Assembly: GCA_963851065.1 (NCBI GenBank)
Contig: CAWKNW010000017.1
Span: 165,198-229,197 of the forward strand
Reading direction: 5' to 3'
Length of the DNA stretch: 64,000 bases
Source of the DNA: an uncultured Thermoleophilia bacterium
Lineage (GTDB): Bacteria > Actinomycetota > Thermoleophilia > Gaiellales > Gaiellaceae
Below the pieces are notes generated by a model. It did not search any database. It saw only the letters and a list, made by a program, of their open reading frames with translations, and was not told the DNA's origin. The translations under genes and the position numbers were made by a program. Position 1 is the first letter of the stretch; every line of letters begins with the position of its first letter. Below are positions 63,797 to 64,000 of this stretch, piece after piece.

Positions 63797-64000
63797 CTAG
63801 TACGTCCGTTCCATGGGCTCGTACTGTGTCACGCGAACGTCCGAGTAGGACAGCTGCGGCGCCCCGTCGACCCAGCGGGAGATCGAGTGCTTCATGAAGT
63901 TCTCGTCGTCACGCGTCGGATAGTCGTGGGGGCGTGCATGCGCGCCGCGGCTCTCCTTGCGCGCGAGGCCCGCCTGCACCATGCACCAGGCGAGGTCGAG
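63797..64000 (-). CDS. sdhA: succinate dehydrogenase/fumarate reductase flavoprotein subunit, C-terminal end (5' part beyond the window)
   Basis: The track fragment reads ...LARKESRGAHARPHDYPTRDDENFMKHS...YEPMERTY. The RGAH motif and C-terminal domain are typical of SdhA/FrdA. Confidence 0.9.
   Translation of the reverse strand, partial: LDLAWCMVQAGLARKESRGAHARPHDYPTRDDENFMKHSISRWVDGAPQLSYSDVRVTQYEPMERTY

Overview
This is a gene-dense 64-kb chromosomal window of about 70% GC. Its gene repertoire and codon bias look Actinomycetota-like: GC3-rich codons, many GTG/TTG starts, several apparently leaderless genes, and very frequent 4-nt ATGA/GTGA start-stop overlaps. The taxon cannot be proven from the sequence alone. 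I recognised no rRNA, tRNA, CRISPR array, transposase or integrase. Many long ORFs in the six-frame track are antisense or out-of-frame high-GC artefacts. I called genes only where the protein shows recognisable family motifs or a clear membrane or secretion signature.

Content from left to right:
- nhaA (partial), mgsA, a Cys-less DksA-like gene, a secreted protein and a quinone reductase.
- A five-gene translationally coupled minus-strand operon: PpsA-like phosphohistidine protein, PpsB-like ATP-grasp protein, BCCP, an OadA/PycB-type carboxyltransferase and a HAD phosphatase. I rate this the most unusual system in the window.
- Prolyl aminopeptidase.
- A molybdoenzyme/FNR-like/DUF6510 trio running into ftsH.
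- An MFS transporter, a hydrolase and a methyltransferase.
- A frameshifted DUF3089 lipoprotein.
- Aspartokinase 1, divergent from a MoaD/ThiS-like gene, a Zn-ribbon ThrC-like gene and a frameshifted ppc.
- A roughly 15.8-kb, 15-gene amino-acid super-operon: leader peptide, leuA, degenerate IPMDH-like gene, ilvB, ilvN, ilvC, hom, thrC, thrB, ilvD, thrC-like, chorismate mutase, leuB, pheA, leuC, leuD.
- hxlR, gltD, gltB and a DUF1684 gene.
- An aa3-type oxidase operon: cupredoxin, ctaC, ctaD, ctaE, ctaG, a 38-aa TM peptide and SCO1.
- A small TM protein with an OmpR-type regulator and a histidine kinase, running directly into dnaX, ybaB and recR.
- Aspartokinase 2 and asd.
- A GNAT-like/Asp23/metallophosphoesterase group.
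- A type-E-like succinate dehydrogenase (CCG subunit, SdhB, SdhA partial).

Non-coding highlights:
- A conserved ~64-nt element sits exactly between the large- and small-subunit genes of leuCD and of ilvBN.
- An architecturally similar 163-nt structured spacer lies between gltB and gltD.
- A branched-chain-rich leader peptide precedes leuA.
- Three 11-bp-phased TGTCATCT repeats lie next to the two-component system.
- There are several perfect palindromes and terminators.

Coordinates of non-ORF elements were read by eye and may be off by 1-2 nt.
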